Under the pieces are notes generated by a model, which had not been told where the DNA came from, did no database searches, and was given only the letters and a program-made list of their open reading frames with translations. Positions 28,573 through 38,816 of a DNA stretch of 64,000 nucleotides are shown here, piece by piece. A program made the translations under genes and the position numbers. Source of the stretch: Planctomycetota bacterium (GTDB lineage Bacteria > Planctomycetota > B15-G4); the NCBI GenBank assembly GCA_038212275.1, contig JBBQUR010000008.1:32001-96000 (forward strand), written 5' to 3'. Every line of letters starts with the position of its first letter. Position 1 is the first letter of the stretch.

Positions 28573-31200
28573 ATGACGTTGCGCATCGACACGGACCACC
28601 GCCGCACGCTCACGACTCCGGCGCCCGCACGGGTGCGCCCCGACTCCGGACCTGACCTGGCGGCCCGTGGCGTGCGGCGGCTCAGGCGGCGTGCGGCGCT
28701 CTTGCTCGCGGCCTGTCTCGGCGTCGTCGCCCTGGCGCGCGGCCAGCGCCTGCCCGAACAGCTGGACGCCGCGGAGATCCTGCACCGCATGCAGAAGCTG
28801 GAGGTCGTCGGCAGCGTGCTGTATCTCGCGGCGCACCCCGACGACGAGAACACGCGGCTGATCGCGTGGCTCTGCAACGGCAGGAAGGTGCGCACGGCCT
28901 ACCTGAGCCTGACGCGCGGCGACGGCGGCCAGGACCTGATCGGCCCCGAGCTGGGCGATGCGCTGGGCGTGCTGCGCACGCAGGAGCTGCTGCAGGCGCG
29001 ACGCATCGACGGCGGCGAGCAGTTCTTCACGCGCGCCGTCGACTTCGGCTACAGCAAGAGTCCCGAGGAGGCCCTCGGCAAGTGGGGAAAACAGGAGGTG
29101 CTCGGCGACGTCGTGCGCGTCATCCGGCAGTTCCGGCCCGACGTGATCATCACGCGCTTCACCACCGACGGCAGCGGCGGGCACGGTCATCACACGGCGT
29201 CCGCGCTGCTCGCGCAGGAGGCCTTCGATCTGGCCGCGGATCCGGCGGCCTTTCCGGAGCAACTCGCGGAAGGACTGGAGACCTGGCAGGCGCGGCGCCT
29301 CTACTTCAACGGCAGCACGTGGTGGCGCGCGGACCTCGCGGAGCAAGCCAAGAGCGACCCGGCGCACTGGGTCACGGTGGACGTGGGCGGCTTCGATCCG
29401 CTGCTCGGGTCGAGCTACTCGGAGATCGCCGGCCGCAGCCGCAGTCAGCACAAGAGCCAGGGCTTCGGGGCGGCCGAGACGCGTGGCGAGCAGCTCGAAT
29501 ACCTGCGCCTCGACAAGGGCGCCCCGCTCGAGTCGGCCGATCTCTTCGACGGCGTCGCGCTCGACTGGAGCCGGGTCGAGTCCGACGGCCGCGTGCGGGG
29601 CCTGCTGCGCGAACTCATCGAGGCCTACGACCCGGAGGCGCCCGAGGCGTGTCTGCCGCGGCTCACAGGCGTGGTGCACGCGCTCGACGCACTGGCCGCG
29701 TCGCCGGGACCCGAGCGTGGCTGGGCGCGCTTCCAGGCGGGCGAGGCCCGACGCCTGATCCTGCAGGTCTGCGGCGCCGTGATCGAGGTCAGCTCCAGCG
29801 TGCAGCGCATCGCGGCCGGCGACACGCTGCCCGTCACGCTGACCGCGTTGCAGCGCGCAACCGGGCCGGCGCTCGAGCTGGTCGACGTCGCGGGCCCCGA
29901 CGACGTCCGCACACCCGTGCACCAACTCTTGTCGTGGAATCATCCGCTCACGCAGGACTTTGCCTGGGTCGTTCCGGCCACGCAGCCGATCGACCAGCCC
30001 TATTGGCTGGCCGCGGCACACGGCACGCTCTACAGGCCCGACCGTGCGCGGTATGCCGGCATCGAGCCGAGCGTGCCCGGCGCGGCGTCCTTCGTCGTCG
30101 AGCTGCGGCTCCCCGACGGCTCGTCGCTGCGCGTCGACCGGCCGCTGATGCACACCTGGGTGGATCGCGTCGCGGGTGAACGCGCGCGCCCCGTCACGAT
30201 CACGCCGGTCGCGTCGATCGAGGTCGCGGACTCGGTGCTCCTCGTGCCCGGCGACCACGCGAGCCTCGCCGTGGATGTCCTGGCCCTGACCGACGACCTG
30301 AGCGGCGAGGTCAGCGCCTCCGTGCCGGAGGGCTGGTCGATCGAGCACGCGCCGTCGCCCGTCGCGCATCTGCGGCTCGGCGAGCGCGTCAGCGTGCAGC
30401 TGGAGCTGCAGCGCACGCCGGAAGCCGGGCGCGGCGTGATGCACGTCTCCTTCGCCGGGCCGAAGGGCTCCTCGGATCGCGCCCTGCACGTCATCGACTA
30501 TCCGCACATCCTGCCGCAGACCTGGTACACGCCCGCCGACGTGGTGCTCATTCCGCAGCGCATTGCGGTGAGTTCGAAGACGGTGGGATACATCGAGGGC
30601 GCGGGCGACGAGGTGCCCGAGGCGCTGGAGCGACTCGGCGTCGTCGTCGAGCGCATCGACCCCGGCAGCGCACACGCGCCGGACTTGTCCCGCTTCGATG
30701 CGATCGTCACCGGCATCCGCGCCTACAACACGGTGCCGGCGCTGGCGCGCTTCCAGGCGAGCCTGCTCGACTACGTTCGCGACGGCGGCACGCTGGTCGT
30801 CCAGTACAACACCAACGGCAGCGACCTCGTGCTGCCGGCCACGGAGATCGGCCCCTACCCGTTCGAACTGACGCGGCAGCGCGTGACGGTCGAGGAAGCG
30901 ACGCCGACCTTCCTCGCGCCGGAGCATCCGCTGCTCACGTTTCCCAATCGGCTCGATGCGAGCGACTTCGAGGGCTGGGTCCAGGAGCGCGGCCTGTATT
31001 TCGCGGGCAACCTCGATCCGGCCTGCGTGCCGCTCATCGCGTGGAATGATCCGGGCGAGGCGCCGCTCGACGGCGCCCTCATCGCCTGCGACTTCGGCAA
31101 GGGCCGCTTCATCTACACGGGGATGAGCCTGTTCCGGCAGCTGCCAGCCGGCGTTCCGGGAAGCTATCGCATCCTGGCGAACCTGATCGCGCGCCGCTAG
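28573..31200 (+). CDS. PIG-L/LmbE family deacetylase with C-terminal class I glutamine-amidotransferase-like domain
   Basis: AAHPDDEN, SLTRGDGGQ, DFGYSK, GHGHH, SRSQHKSQGFG and WVQERGLYF; GGAGAG RBS. Confidence 0.92.
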   Translation: MTLRIDTDHRRTLTTPAPARVRPDSGPDLAARGVRRLRRRAALLLAACLGVVALARGQRLPEQLDAAEILHRMQKLEVVGSVLYLAAHPDDENTRLIAWLCNGRKVRTAYLSLTRGDGGQDLIGPELGDALGVLRTQELLQARRIDGGEQFFTRAVDFGYSKSPEEALGKWGKQEVLGDVVRVIRQFRPDVIITRFTTDGSGGHGHHTASALLAQEAFDLAADPAAFPEQLAEGLETWQARRLYFNGSTWWRADLAEQAKSDPAHWVTVDVGGFDPLLGSSYSEIAGRSRSQHKSQGFGAAETRGEQLEYLRLDKGAPLESADLFDGVALDWSRVESDGRVRGLLRELIEAYDPEAPEACLPRLTGVVHALDALAASPGPERGWARFQAGEARRLILQVCGAVIEVSSSVQRIAAGDTLPVTLTALQRATGPALELVDVAGPDDVRTPVHQLLSWNHPLTQDFAWVVPATQPIDQPYWLAAAHGTLYRPDRARYAGIEPSVPGAASFVVELRLPDGSSLRVDRPLMHTWVDRVAGERARPVTITPVASIEVADSVLLVPGDHASLAVDVLALTDDLSGEVSASVPEGWSIEHAPSPVAHLRLGERVSVQLELQRTPEAGRGVMHVSFAGPKGSSDRALHVIDYPHILPQTWYTPADVVLIPQRIAVSSKTVGYIEGAGDEVPEALERLGVVVERIDPGSAHAPDLSRFDAIVTGIRAYNTVPALARFQASLLDYVRDGGTLVVQYNTNGSDLVLPATEIGPYPFELTRQRVTVEEATPTFLAPEHPLLTFPNRLDASDFEGWVQERGLYFAGNLDPACVPLIAWNDPGEAPLDGALIACDFGKGRFIYTGMSLFRQLPAGVPGSYRILANLIARR

Positions 31201-31203
31201 CCG

Positions 31204-32886
31204 ATGCATCCGATCGACTGGGCCATCCTGCTCGGCACGCTGGGCTTCATCGTCGGCTATGGCGTGTGGAAGACGCGCCGCGACAACACGCGCGAGAACT
31301 TCCTGCGCGGCGGCAGCGACAGCCGCTGGTGGAGCGTCGGCCTGAGCGTCATGGCCACGCAGGCCAGCGCGGTGACCTTCCTCAGCACGCCGGGCCAGGG
31401 CTACCTCGACGGCATGGGCTTCGTGCAGTTCTACTTCGGGCTGCCGCTGGCGATGATCGTGATCGGCGCGGTCTTCATTCCGCTCTACTACAAGTGGAAG
31501 GTCTACACCGCCTACGAATTCATCGGGCGCCGCTTCGACGGCCGCGCGCGCCTGCTGACCGCCGGGCTCTTCCTGATCCAGCGCAGCCTGGCGGCCGGCA
31601 TCACGATCTATGCGCCGAGCATCGTGCTGAGCAAGGTGCTCGGCTGGCCGCTGTCGGGGACCTGCGTCTTCATCGGCGCGCTGGTCATCGTCTACACCAC
31701 CGCCGGCGGCGCGCGCGCCGTGGGCGTCACGCAGAAGCAGCAGATGGCCGTGATGTTCCTCGGCATCTTCACGGCCTTCGCGCTCACGCTCCACGCCCTG
31801 AGCGACACGCTTTCGGTCCGCGAGAGCCTGGCCGTCGCCCGGTCGCTGGGCAAGCTGGAGGTCATCGATCTGTCCTGGAATCCGGAGGAGAAGTACACGC
31901 TGTGGAGCGGCCTCCTCGGCGGCTTCTTCCTGCAGCTGTCCTACTTCGGCACGGACCAGAGCCAGGTGCAACGCTACCTGAGCGGGCAGTCGATCCAGCA
32001 GGCGCGGCAGGGCCTGTGGATGAACGGCGTGCTGAAGATCCCGATGCAGTTCTTCATCCTGCTGACGGGCGTGCTCGTCTACGTCTTCTACCTGCTCCAC
32101 CCCACGCCGCTGCACTGGAACGAGTCGAACCTCGTCGCCGCGCGCGAGCTGGACAGGAGCTCGCTGACCGCCACGCTGGAGGCCGAGCACGCCGCGACGA
32201 TGCAGGAGCGCCGGCAGAAGACCGAGGATGTCGTGGCGGCGTGGCGCATCGAGGATTCCGCGCGCGCCGACGCGGCGCTGGCGGACGTGCAGCGGCTGGA
32301 CGCTCGCGACGCCGTGTTGCAGGCCGAGTTCCGCACGCGCCTGGTGGAGCTGGATCCCGACGCCGAGATCAACGACAAGGACTACATCTTCATCAGCTTC
32401 ATCATGGACCACCTGCCCGTGGGCATCATCGGGCTGCTGCTCGCGATGATCTTCTGCGCCGGCATGAGCAGCACCAGCGCCGAACTCTCCGCGCTGGCCA
32501 CCACGAGCACCGTCGACGTCCTGCGCACACCGCGCAGCGACGCGTCACAAGTGCGCGCGACGCAGTGGGCCACGGTGCTCTTCGGCGTGCTCGCGCTCGG
32601 CTTCGCCGCGATCTTCTCGCTGTTCGAGAACCTCATCCAGGCGGTCAACATCCTGGGCTCGCTCTTCTACGGCACGATCCTCGGGATCTTTCTCGTGGCC
32701 TTCTTCGTGAAGCACGTCAAGGGCACCGCCGTCTTCGTCGCCGCGTTGATCGCGCAGGCGGCGATCCTCGTCATCCACTTCACGGACATCCACATCGCCT
32801 TCCTCTGGTACAACCTCATCGCGCCGGCGATCGTCATCGTGCTGAGCATCGCCCTGCAGGCGTTGCAGCCGCGCAGCGCAGACTGA
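31204..32886 (+). CDS. Sodium:solute symporter (SSS family)
   Basis: SVMATQASAVTFLSTPGQ, GTDQSQVQRYL and GMSSTSAELSALA. Confidence 0.93.
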   Translation: MHPIDWAILLGTLGFIVGYGVWKTRRDNTRENFLRGGSDSRWWSVGLSVMATQASAVTFLSTPGQGYLDGMGFVQFYFGLPLAMIVIGAVFIPLYYKWKVYTAYEFIGRRFDGRARLLTAGLFLIQRSLAAGITIYAPSIVLSKVLGWPLSGTCVFIGALVIVYTTAGGARAVGVTQKQQMAVMFLGIFTAFALTLHALSDTLSVRESLAVARSLGKLEVIDLSWNPEEKYTLWSGLLGGFFLQLSYFGTDQSQVQRYLSGQSIQQARQGLWMNGVLKIPMQFFILLTGVLVYVFYLLHPTPLHWNESNLVAARELDRSSLTATLEAEHAATMQERRQKTEDVVAAWRIEDSARADAALADVQRLDARDAVLQAEFRTRLVELDPDAEINDKDYIFISFIMDHLPVGIIGLLLAMIFCAGMSSTSAELSALATTSTVDVLRTPRSDASQVRATQWATVLFGVLALGFAAIFSLFENLIQAVNILGSLFYGTILGIFLVAFFVKHVKGTAVFVAALIAQAAILVIHFTDIHIAFLWYNLIAPAIVIVLSIALQALQPRSAD

Positions 32887-32981
32887 GGCGCGGGGCCCTT
32901 TGCATCCGCGCAGCGCCGACCGAGGCGCCGGGCCCGTTGCATCCGCGCAGCGCCGACTGACGCGCCGGGCCCTTTGCAGCC
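32863..32981 (+). repeat. 37-bp tandem repeat x3.2 across the SSS stop codon
   Basis: Units TTGCA[G/T]CCGCGCAGCGC.GAC.GA.GCGC.GGGCCC. start at 32863, 32900 and 32937, with no spacers. Confidence 0.9.
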
Positions 32982-32984
32982 CGC

Positions 32985-33797
32985 TCAGCAGCGGAGGCGT
33001 TGCGGCTCGCGCGAGCGCTCGTGGGCCGCGGGCGACGCGAAGCCCTTGGACGTCGAGTGCGCCCAGGTCTTCTCGATGTATTGCGCGGCGTCGGGCGTCC
33101 TGCACGCGGTGTCGCCGTGATCGACGACGACCTTGCCGATCCGTTTCGCGGTGGCCGTGGCGGCCTTGCGCAGCGCGGCGTTGCGGCTGCCGATCACGAT
33201 GACGGCCATGTTCATGGCCTCGCGCTCGGCATTCGGCGCGCCGGCGAGGCGCTTCTCGATGTGCGCGAGGCGCTCCAGGAAGTAGGCGTCGGGCAGCGTG
33301 TCGTCGCGCATCGCCATCTGGCCGAGCAGCGCCCAGCCTGCGGCGCGCGTCGGCTCGGCCGCGGCGGCAAGCCACGTCTTCGCCTTGGCCGCGGCGTGCG
33401 GTCCTTCACCCGCCAGCATGGCGACGTAGCCACCGCACATCCGCGCCGACGTCGCGGCCGCCCAGCGGTCGAGATCGCCGGAGCTCATCCGCGCGGGGTC
33501 CGCGATCTTGACGGCGAGGTTCCGCGCATCGAAGTTGCCGGTGTCCCAGAGCGCGAGCGCCAGTTCGTGATCGACACCGACGCGCTTCACGAGGACTTTC
33601 AGCGTCGCGAAGCTGACGCCGAACATCGGCTCCGTCGCGCCGTGGCGCGCGTAGGTCTTGCGCGTCTGCGCCGAACCCGCCTTCTCCAGTGCGGCCATCG
33701 CTTCGGTCAGCGACATCCGGCTGCCCGGCTTGCCGGTCTTCGCTGTCCTGGCAGGCTTTGCAGCCTTCGTGGCCGAGGGCTTCCTGGTTGCCGGCAT
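32985..33797 (-). CDS. DNA alkylation repair protein (AlkD-like HEAT-repeat family)
   Basis: MFGVSFATLK.L.K..GVDHELALALWDTGNFDAR and KVVVDHGDTACRTPDA..YIEK. Confidence 0.88.
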   Translation of the reverse strand: MPATRKPSATKAAKPARTAKTGKPGSRMSLTEAMAALEKAGSAQTRKTYARHGATEPMFGVSFATLKVLVKRVGVDHELALALWDTGNFDARNLAVKIADPARMSSGDLDRWAAATSARMCGGYVAMLAGEGPHAAAKAKTWLAAAAEPTRAAGWALLGQMAMRDDTLPDAYFLERLAHIEKRLAGAPNAEREAMNMAVIVIGSRNAALRKAATATAKRIGKVVVDHGDTACRTPDAAQYIEKTWAHSTSKGFASPAAHERSREPQRLRC

Positions 33798-33872
33798 GGC
33801 GCGGCCCTTCCGTCTCGCGGTGAAGGGCTCGCCTCGCCGGACCTCCGGGTCGGGCGGCGCGGCCCGGTCGTG

Positions 33873-35519
33873 TCAGGAAACGAACAGGTGCTGATCGACG
33901 GGGACATTCACGAGATGAGTCGTCGTCCCGTTCGGCCAGGTCACCCACACGTCGCTGACGATGGTAGCCGCCCCCAGGCCGAAGTGCGCCTCGAACGGCC
34001 GGCCCGCCTGGAAGCTGCCGCCCCCGATGACCTCGTGGGTGTACGTCGTCCCGCCCGCGACGACCTGGATTTTGGCGCCGATGGCATCGCGGCTGGAGCC
34101 CGCCCCGCCGATGAGCTCGATGTCGAGCCAGTGATTCGCGGAAGGCGTGTCGTTTCTCAGCAGCACCGGCGCGGCGTTGATGTGCGAGATGAGAAGGTCC
34201 AGGTCTCCGTCCCGATCGACGTCGAAGGCGATGGTCGCGCGCGCATCCCCGATGACCTCCGCCCCCGTGTTCAGCGGCTCGGTGAAGTGTCCCGTGCCGT
34301 CGTTCAGGAACAGGTTGGCGGGTTGATTCACGTACCCGGCCGCGGTGGCCGCGTCGTAGTAGTAGGTGGCGTATTCGTCGAAGCCGTTCACGGCGAAGAG
34401 GTCGCGGTCGCCGTCGTTGTCCACGTCCACCCACTCGGTGCCCCAGCCCCACGCGGTGTCCCAGACGCCACGCGCGGCGGCCTGATCCTGGAAGAACATC
34501 GAGCCGGAAGGCACCAGCTGATTCACGAGCAGCGTGTTGCCGCCGTAGAGGCCCTGCGGGTGCGTCGCGTTCGTGCAGTAAAGGTCGATGTCGCCGTCGT
34601 TGTCGAAGTCGCACGGAGCGATGCCCATGTCGGTGCCGACGTGCGTCGCGCCCGCGACCAGCGTCTTGTCGACGAAGCTGCCGTTGTCATTGCGGTAGTA
34701 CTTGTCCGAGTAACCGTCCACGGCGATGTAGAGGTCCGCATCGCCGTCCTTGTCGAAGTCGCAGAAGATCGGCGTGTAGCAGTTGGATGAGACCTTCTCC
34801 AATCCGACGGCCCGGGTGACGTCCTGGAACTGGAAATTGCCCAGGTTCTTGTACAGGCGGTTGTGTCCCTCGAAATAGGTGTACTTGCCCTGCTGCAAGG
34901 CGCCCCAGAAGGTCACGTAGATGTCGACCAGCCCGTCGCGCTGGTAGTCGGTGAGTCCCATGCCGCCGATGATCAGGCCCGTGGGAGTGAAGCCGGAGGA
35001 TTCGGTCACGTCGGTGAAGGTGCCATCGCCGTTGTTCCGGTAGAGGACCGAGGCGTGATCGACCGTGTCGCAGCGACGATCGTTGGCGATGATCAGATCC
35101 TTCCACCCGTCGTTGTTCAGGTCCACGAACTGGGCCACGCGCCCCACGCCGAGATTGCGCACGCCGGACTGCTCGGTGACGTCGACGAAACCGGCGCCGA
35201 GGTCGTTCCGGTAGAGCACGCTCGGGTGCCGCAGCTGCCCGAGAAACAGCAGGTCGAGATCGCCGTCGTTGTCGTAGTCCGCGACGGCGACTCCGTTGCC
35301 CTGGTTGCGCTGGACGATCTCGAGGCCGGGGACGGCGCTCTCGGGAATGTCCGTGTCCAGGTCCAGGGTCTTTCCGTAGTCGAGCGTGAACGTGATGCCT
35401 GCCGACTGCGTGATGTTCGTGAATGTCACCTGCGCGGCCGCGACTCCGGAAAGCGCCAGGCCTGCACAGCTCGCGAGCAGCCAGATCCGGCTGCGACCTG
35501 CATGGAATGACTTGCTCAT
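33873..35519 (-). CDS. CRTAC1-like FG-GAP repeat protein with ASPIC/UnbV domain
   Basis: Repeated DYDNDGDLDL/DFDNDGDIDLY, and C-terminal RDAIGAKI...GGGSF...EAHFGLG...VTWPNG; signal peptide. Confidence 0.92.
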   Translation of the reverse strand: MSKSFHAGRSRIWLLASCAGLALSGVAAAQVTFTNITQSAGITFTLDYGKTLDLDTDIPESAVPGLEIVQRNQGNGVAVADYDNDGDLDLLFLGQLRHPSVLYRNDLGAGFVDVTEQSGVRNLGVGRVAQFVDLNNDGWKDLIIANDRRCDTVDHASVLYRNNGDGTFTDVTESSGFTPTGLIIGGMGLTDYQRDGLVDIYVTFWGALQQGKYTYFEGHNRLYKNLGNFQFQDVTRAVGLEKVSSNCYTPIFCDFDKDGDADLYIAVDGYSDKYYRNDNGSFVDKTLVAGATHVGTDMGIAPCDFDNDGDIDLYCTNATHPQGLYGGNTLLVNQLVPSGSMFFQDQAAARGVWDTAWGWGTEWVDVDNDGDRDLFAVNGFDEYATYYYDAATAAGYVNQPANLFLNDGTGHFTEPLNTGAEVIGDARATIAFDVDRDGDLDLLISHINAAPVLLRNDTPSANHWLDIELIGGAGSSRDAIGAKIQVVAGGTTYTHEVIGGGSFQAGRPFEAHFGLGAATIVSDVWVTWPNGTTTHLVNVPVDQHLFVS

Positions 35520-35663
35520 GGTGATTCTCGCCGTGGAGGTGATGCCCGGATCGAAGCGCTTGTGTCAGGACTGCCCGGGGTCGTCTGCGCGGCTCCGTGT
35601 CGTGCGGAGTGACCTGCGTGTTCCGACGACCGGATCCTAGCAGGTTTCGCGCAGTCGTCGACG

Positions 35664-35783
35664 CCGATGAACCTGCCGATGGACGCGGCGATGGACGCAG
35701 CGGTGAACGCGCCGGTGGGCGTGCCGATGGACGCGCCGGTGGACGCGCCGATGGACTCGCCGATGGACTCGCCGGTCGACGCG
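35664..35783. repeat. Degenerate 12-bp tandem repeat x10 (consensus CCG[A/G]TGGACGCG), intergenic
   Basis: Ten consecutive units visible between the SGNH gene stop and the CRTAC1 start. Confidence 0.88.
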
Positions 35784-35818
35784 CAGGGAGAGGCCCTGTG
35801 GAGCGCGCGCGGGTCCTG

Positions 35819-38698
35819 TCAGTCCGCGTCCAGGGCAGCCCGCACCACCGGCAGCAGCGCGCTCGCGATGACGGCGTGTCCGCCCGGGCGAGGATGGACA
35901 TCATCCTGGAAGAGCGCCGCGCCGCCGGCCGCCTCCAGCAGGGGCGTCGGGTCCACGACGGGAATCCCGCAGCTCACGCCGACGTGATCCATGACCTCGC
36001 GAAACTCGTCCTTCCAGAGGAAGCGACGATCGCCCGCGAGCGGCTCCTTGATCAGGATGAGCTTGAACCGACGCTGCGCGGCAAGCTCCGCGAATCGGCG
36101 CAGCACCCGCTCGAAGCGACGCGGCGGACTGTCGGCCTCGGCGTGGCCCATGGCCGTCCAGAGTTCGCTCGTGCTCCCCTTCCACGACGCGAAGCGGACG
36201 AGGAGCTGCTTCATGACTGCTTCGCCGCGCGTGCAGTCCCACACGATGCGTGCATCGCCGAGCACGGACCTGCTGCGGCCCGGCTCCGCGAGCTCGTCGA
36301 AGAGCGCGTCCTCGTCGCACCTCGTGAGCGCGAAGCCGTCGTTGTAGGAAAGCGAGAGCGTCACGACATCCGGCTGAAAGCCGAGCAACCCGTCACGCAG
36401 CACGCGGAAGAGCCTCGCCCCCGTGGCGCCTTGATACGCCCCGTTGAACACCTCGACCGGCGCGTGCGGCGCGGCGTGAGCGTCGTTGAGCAGCGTCTCG
36501 AGCAGCGCCGGATACTCCTTGTGCTCGCCCTCCGGGATGCCGAAGCCCCACGTGCTTGAACCGCCGAGTGTCAGCACGCGCTGCGTGCCGGCGGGCTTGA
36601 CCGCGGCCAGCGCCTTGCCGCGAAACGTGTGGGCGGCGAGATAGTCGTTCAGCCGCCGGATGAGCGGATGGCGGAGATAGGCGAGCTCCGACTCCATGCG
36701 CTCACCCGACCAGCCGACGTAGTTCCACGAGGACGGCAGCAGCAGCGAGCGATCGCCGCCGCCGGTCAGGACACCGAAGGCGAGCAGCGGCGACGTCACG
36801 AGGACCACCATGAGCAGCACGAGCACGGTCAGGCCGCGAAGCCGCTTCGCGTGAACGACGACGGGAAGCACGAGCAGGATCGCCAGCAGGTATCCGGCCT
36901 TCAGGCCGCTGTCGATCATCGTGTCGGAGGCCGGCGCGGTCAGCGCGCCCGTCACGGCCACCGGCAGCAGCGCGAGCGAGAGCAGCAGCGCGGCGGCGGC
37001 GACGGGGAATCCGCCGAGGACGATGAGCGCCGCGCCGAGCACCACGCTCCAGACCAGGATCATCCCCGCGATCGACAGGCCTTCGGCCGGGACGAGAGCA
37101 CCGCCACTCGTCTCTGCCGGAAGTGAGGTCAGCGTGATCTCCGACAGCGCCACGCTCCCGCGCGCGGCAAGCAGGGCGACGCCAGAGCTCCCGGTCTGCT
37201 CAAACGTCGCAGCGATGTCCTTTCCGTCGATCGACGCGCTGCACCGCGCCCCGCGGATTCTTACCGTCACGTCGCAGGCCTTGCCGGCAGCGACACATCC
37301 TGCAGAACTTCCCGTGGCCTCGAACGTCCGCGAGGTCTCGATCACGAAGGACGAGGCGACGTCCGGGTCGGAGGAGAGCAGCAGCGCGATGCCGCTCGCG
37401 TGTGGCGGCGCCTCCGCGCGGAGCCGCACCTCGAGGACCGAGTCCTTCGACAGGATCGCGGTCGCCGACAGCTCCACGTCCGGACCGTCCGCCGTGGCAA
37501 GCAGTGCATTCCCCGCATCCAGCGTCGCGTGTTCGGGGAGAGCTGCGCCGGCGCGGGGCGCGCTGGAGGCCGGGATCGCACCGGCGTCGTCCGCGGGCTT
37601 CGGGTCCTCCACGACTCGACTCGTCAGCGAGGCCACGCAGAGCATGCAGATGGTCAGCGCGGCAAGGCCCATGCCGACGGCGCCAGGCCTGGCCGGTGCC
37701 GCGCGTGCAATGAGCCGACCTCGCAGCGAGATCACGCCCGCGGCCAGACCGCAGGCGAAGGCTAGACCGATCACCGTGCCGCCGGGATCGACGCCGGTGA
37801 GCCGCCCCACGATCAGGGGCAGCGCCGCGCCCAGGCCCGCCCAGGCCACGGCGTCCGCCAGCTCCCCCGGCGAAGGCCGCCCGAAGCACACGGCGCGCAG
37901 ATACAGGCCGGACGCGAGCAGGCACAGCACGACGAGCAGCGCCTCGCGCGCGTACCGCGTCCACGGACTGTGCGACACGAGGGCCGCCAGCCCGCACGCA
38001 TACGTCGTCGGCCCGGCCTTGCCGCCGCCCTCGCTGCCGGCCTCGCCGCCGGCCTCACGGGACGCGCCGGTGATGCTGACGAATCGCAGCGAGCAGGGGC
38101 CGTTTCGCGTCGTGAACTCCGGAAGATCGAGCCATGGCTCGTTCCAGGCAGCAAGGTCAGGGACGGCGTGCTCCAGCACCGGGCGGCCATCCAGCGAGAC
38201 CGTCACGGTGCCGGCGCCGCGCACGACGAGCAGCTTGAACGCCGCGTAGGAATTCTTGAGCGCACCCGGCACGGCCGTCCGCCCCAGGATGACGGGCGGC
38301 GCGCCGGGCTGGACCGCGGCGAGGAAGAGACCCAGCGGCTCCTCGGCGACGACGCCCAGCACGTACTCCGTCGTCGCGCTCCGATGCAGCAGGATTTCGA
38401 GGATCGACGTGCTCTCCAGTTTTCGCGCTTCGATCCGGGCGCTCTGCCACTGAAAACGCGGCGGCAGTTCGCGGAAGCGGAAGCAGTCGCCGGGGCCGAT
38501 CGTGAGCCCGCCCAGCTGGAGCGGGGCGGACAGGATCTCTCCGTCGGAAGCGACCGCCTCCCAGCAGTCGCCGCGCGCCGTCACGCGCTCGTCAAGGCGC
38601 GATGCGCTGACTCGCGAGGTCACGAACGACGCCGCGCCGAGGCCGATCAGCAGCCACGCGAGCACGCGGCAGACGGTGAGCTTCGCGCGCCGTGGCAT
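35819..38698 (-). CDS. Multi-TM membrane protein with beta-sandwich domains and C-terminal SGNH/GDSL hydrolase
   Basis: LTLGGSSTWG, NGAYQG, SYND and DDVHP (SGNH blocks I, II, III, V); two TM clusters. Confidence 0.75.
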   Translation of the reverse strand: MPRRAKLTVCRVLAWLLIGLGAASFVTSRVSASRLDERVTARGDCWEAVASDGEILSAPLQLGGLTIGPGDCFRFRELPPRFQWQSARIEARKLESTSILEILLHRSATTEYVLGVVAEEPLGLFLAAVQPGAPPVILGRTAVPGALKNSYAAFKLLVVRGAGTVTVSLDGRPVLEHAVPDLAAWNEPWLDLPEFTTRNGPCSLRFVSITGASREAGGEAGSEGGGKAGPTTYACGLAALVSHSPWTRYAREALLVVLCLLASGLYLRAVCFGRPSPGELADAVAWAGLGAALPLIVGRLTGVDPGGTVIGLAFACGLAAGVISLRGRLIARAAPARPGAVGMGLAALTICMLCVASLTSRVVEDPKPADDAGAIPASSAPRAGAALPEHATLDAGNALLATADGPDVELSATAILSKDSVLEVRLRAEAPPHASGIALLLSSDPDVASSFVIETSRTFEATGSSAGCVAAGKACDVTVRIRGARCSASIDGKDIAATFEQTGSSGVALLAARGSVALSEITLTSLPAETSGGALVPAEGLSIAGMILVWSVVLGAALIVLGGFPVAAAALLLSLALLPVAVTGALTAPASDTMIDSGLKAGYLLAILLVLPVVVHAKRLRGLTVLVLLMVVLVTSPLLAFGVLTGGGDRSLLLPSSWNYVGWSGERMESELAYLRHPLIRRLNDYLAAHTFRGKALAAVKPAGTQRVLTLGGSSTWGFGIPEGEHKEYPALLETLLNDAHAAPHAPVEVFNGAYQGATGARLFRVLRDGLLGFQPDVVTLSLSYNDGFALTRCDEDALFDELAEPGRSRSVLGDARIVWDCTRGEAVMKQLLVRFASWKGSTSELWTAMGHAEADSPPRRFERVLRRFAELAAQRRFKLILIKEPLAGDRRFLWKDEFREVMDHVGVSCGIPVVDPTPLLEAAGGAALFQDDVHPRPGGHAVIASALLPVVRAALDAD

Positions 38699-38816
38699 CC
38701 GCGCGAGTGTAAGTCATCACCCGGCGCCCTCCGCGCGGGCGACGACGGCCGTCCGGAGGAAGGGTTCGTGCGCGTGAGGGCACCCGTCGCGCGACCGAGT
38801 CGGCGGGAACTTCGGC

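Noticed and set aside
32863..32981. CRISPR array (37-bp unit length is CRISPR-like)
   Set aside because: Units are head-to-tail with no unique spacers, and no cas genes are in the window. The same applies to 62445-62558.
35667..35987. ORF MNLPMDAAMDAAV...
   Set aside because: Merely the translation of the 12-bp repeat, running antisense into the SGNH gene; no RBS.
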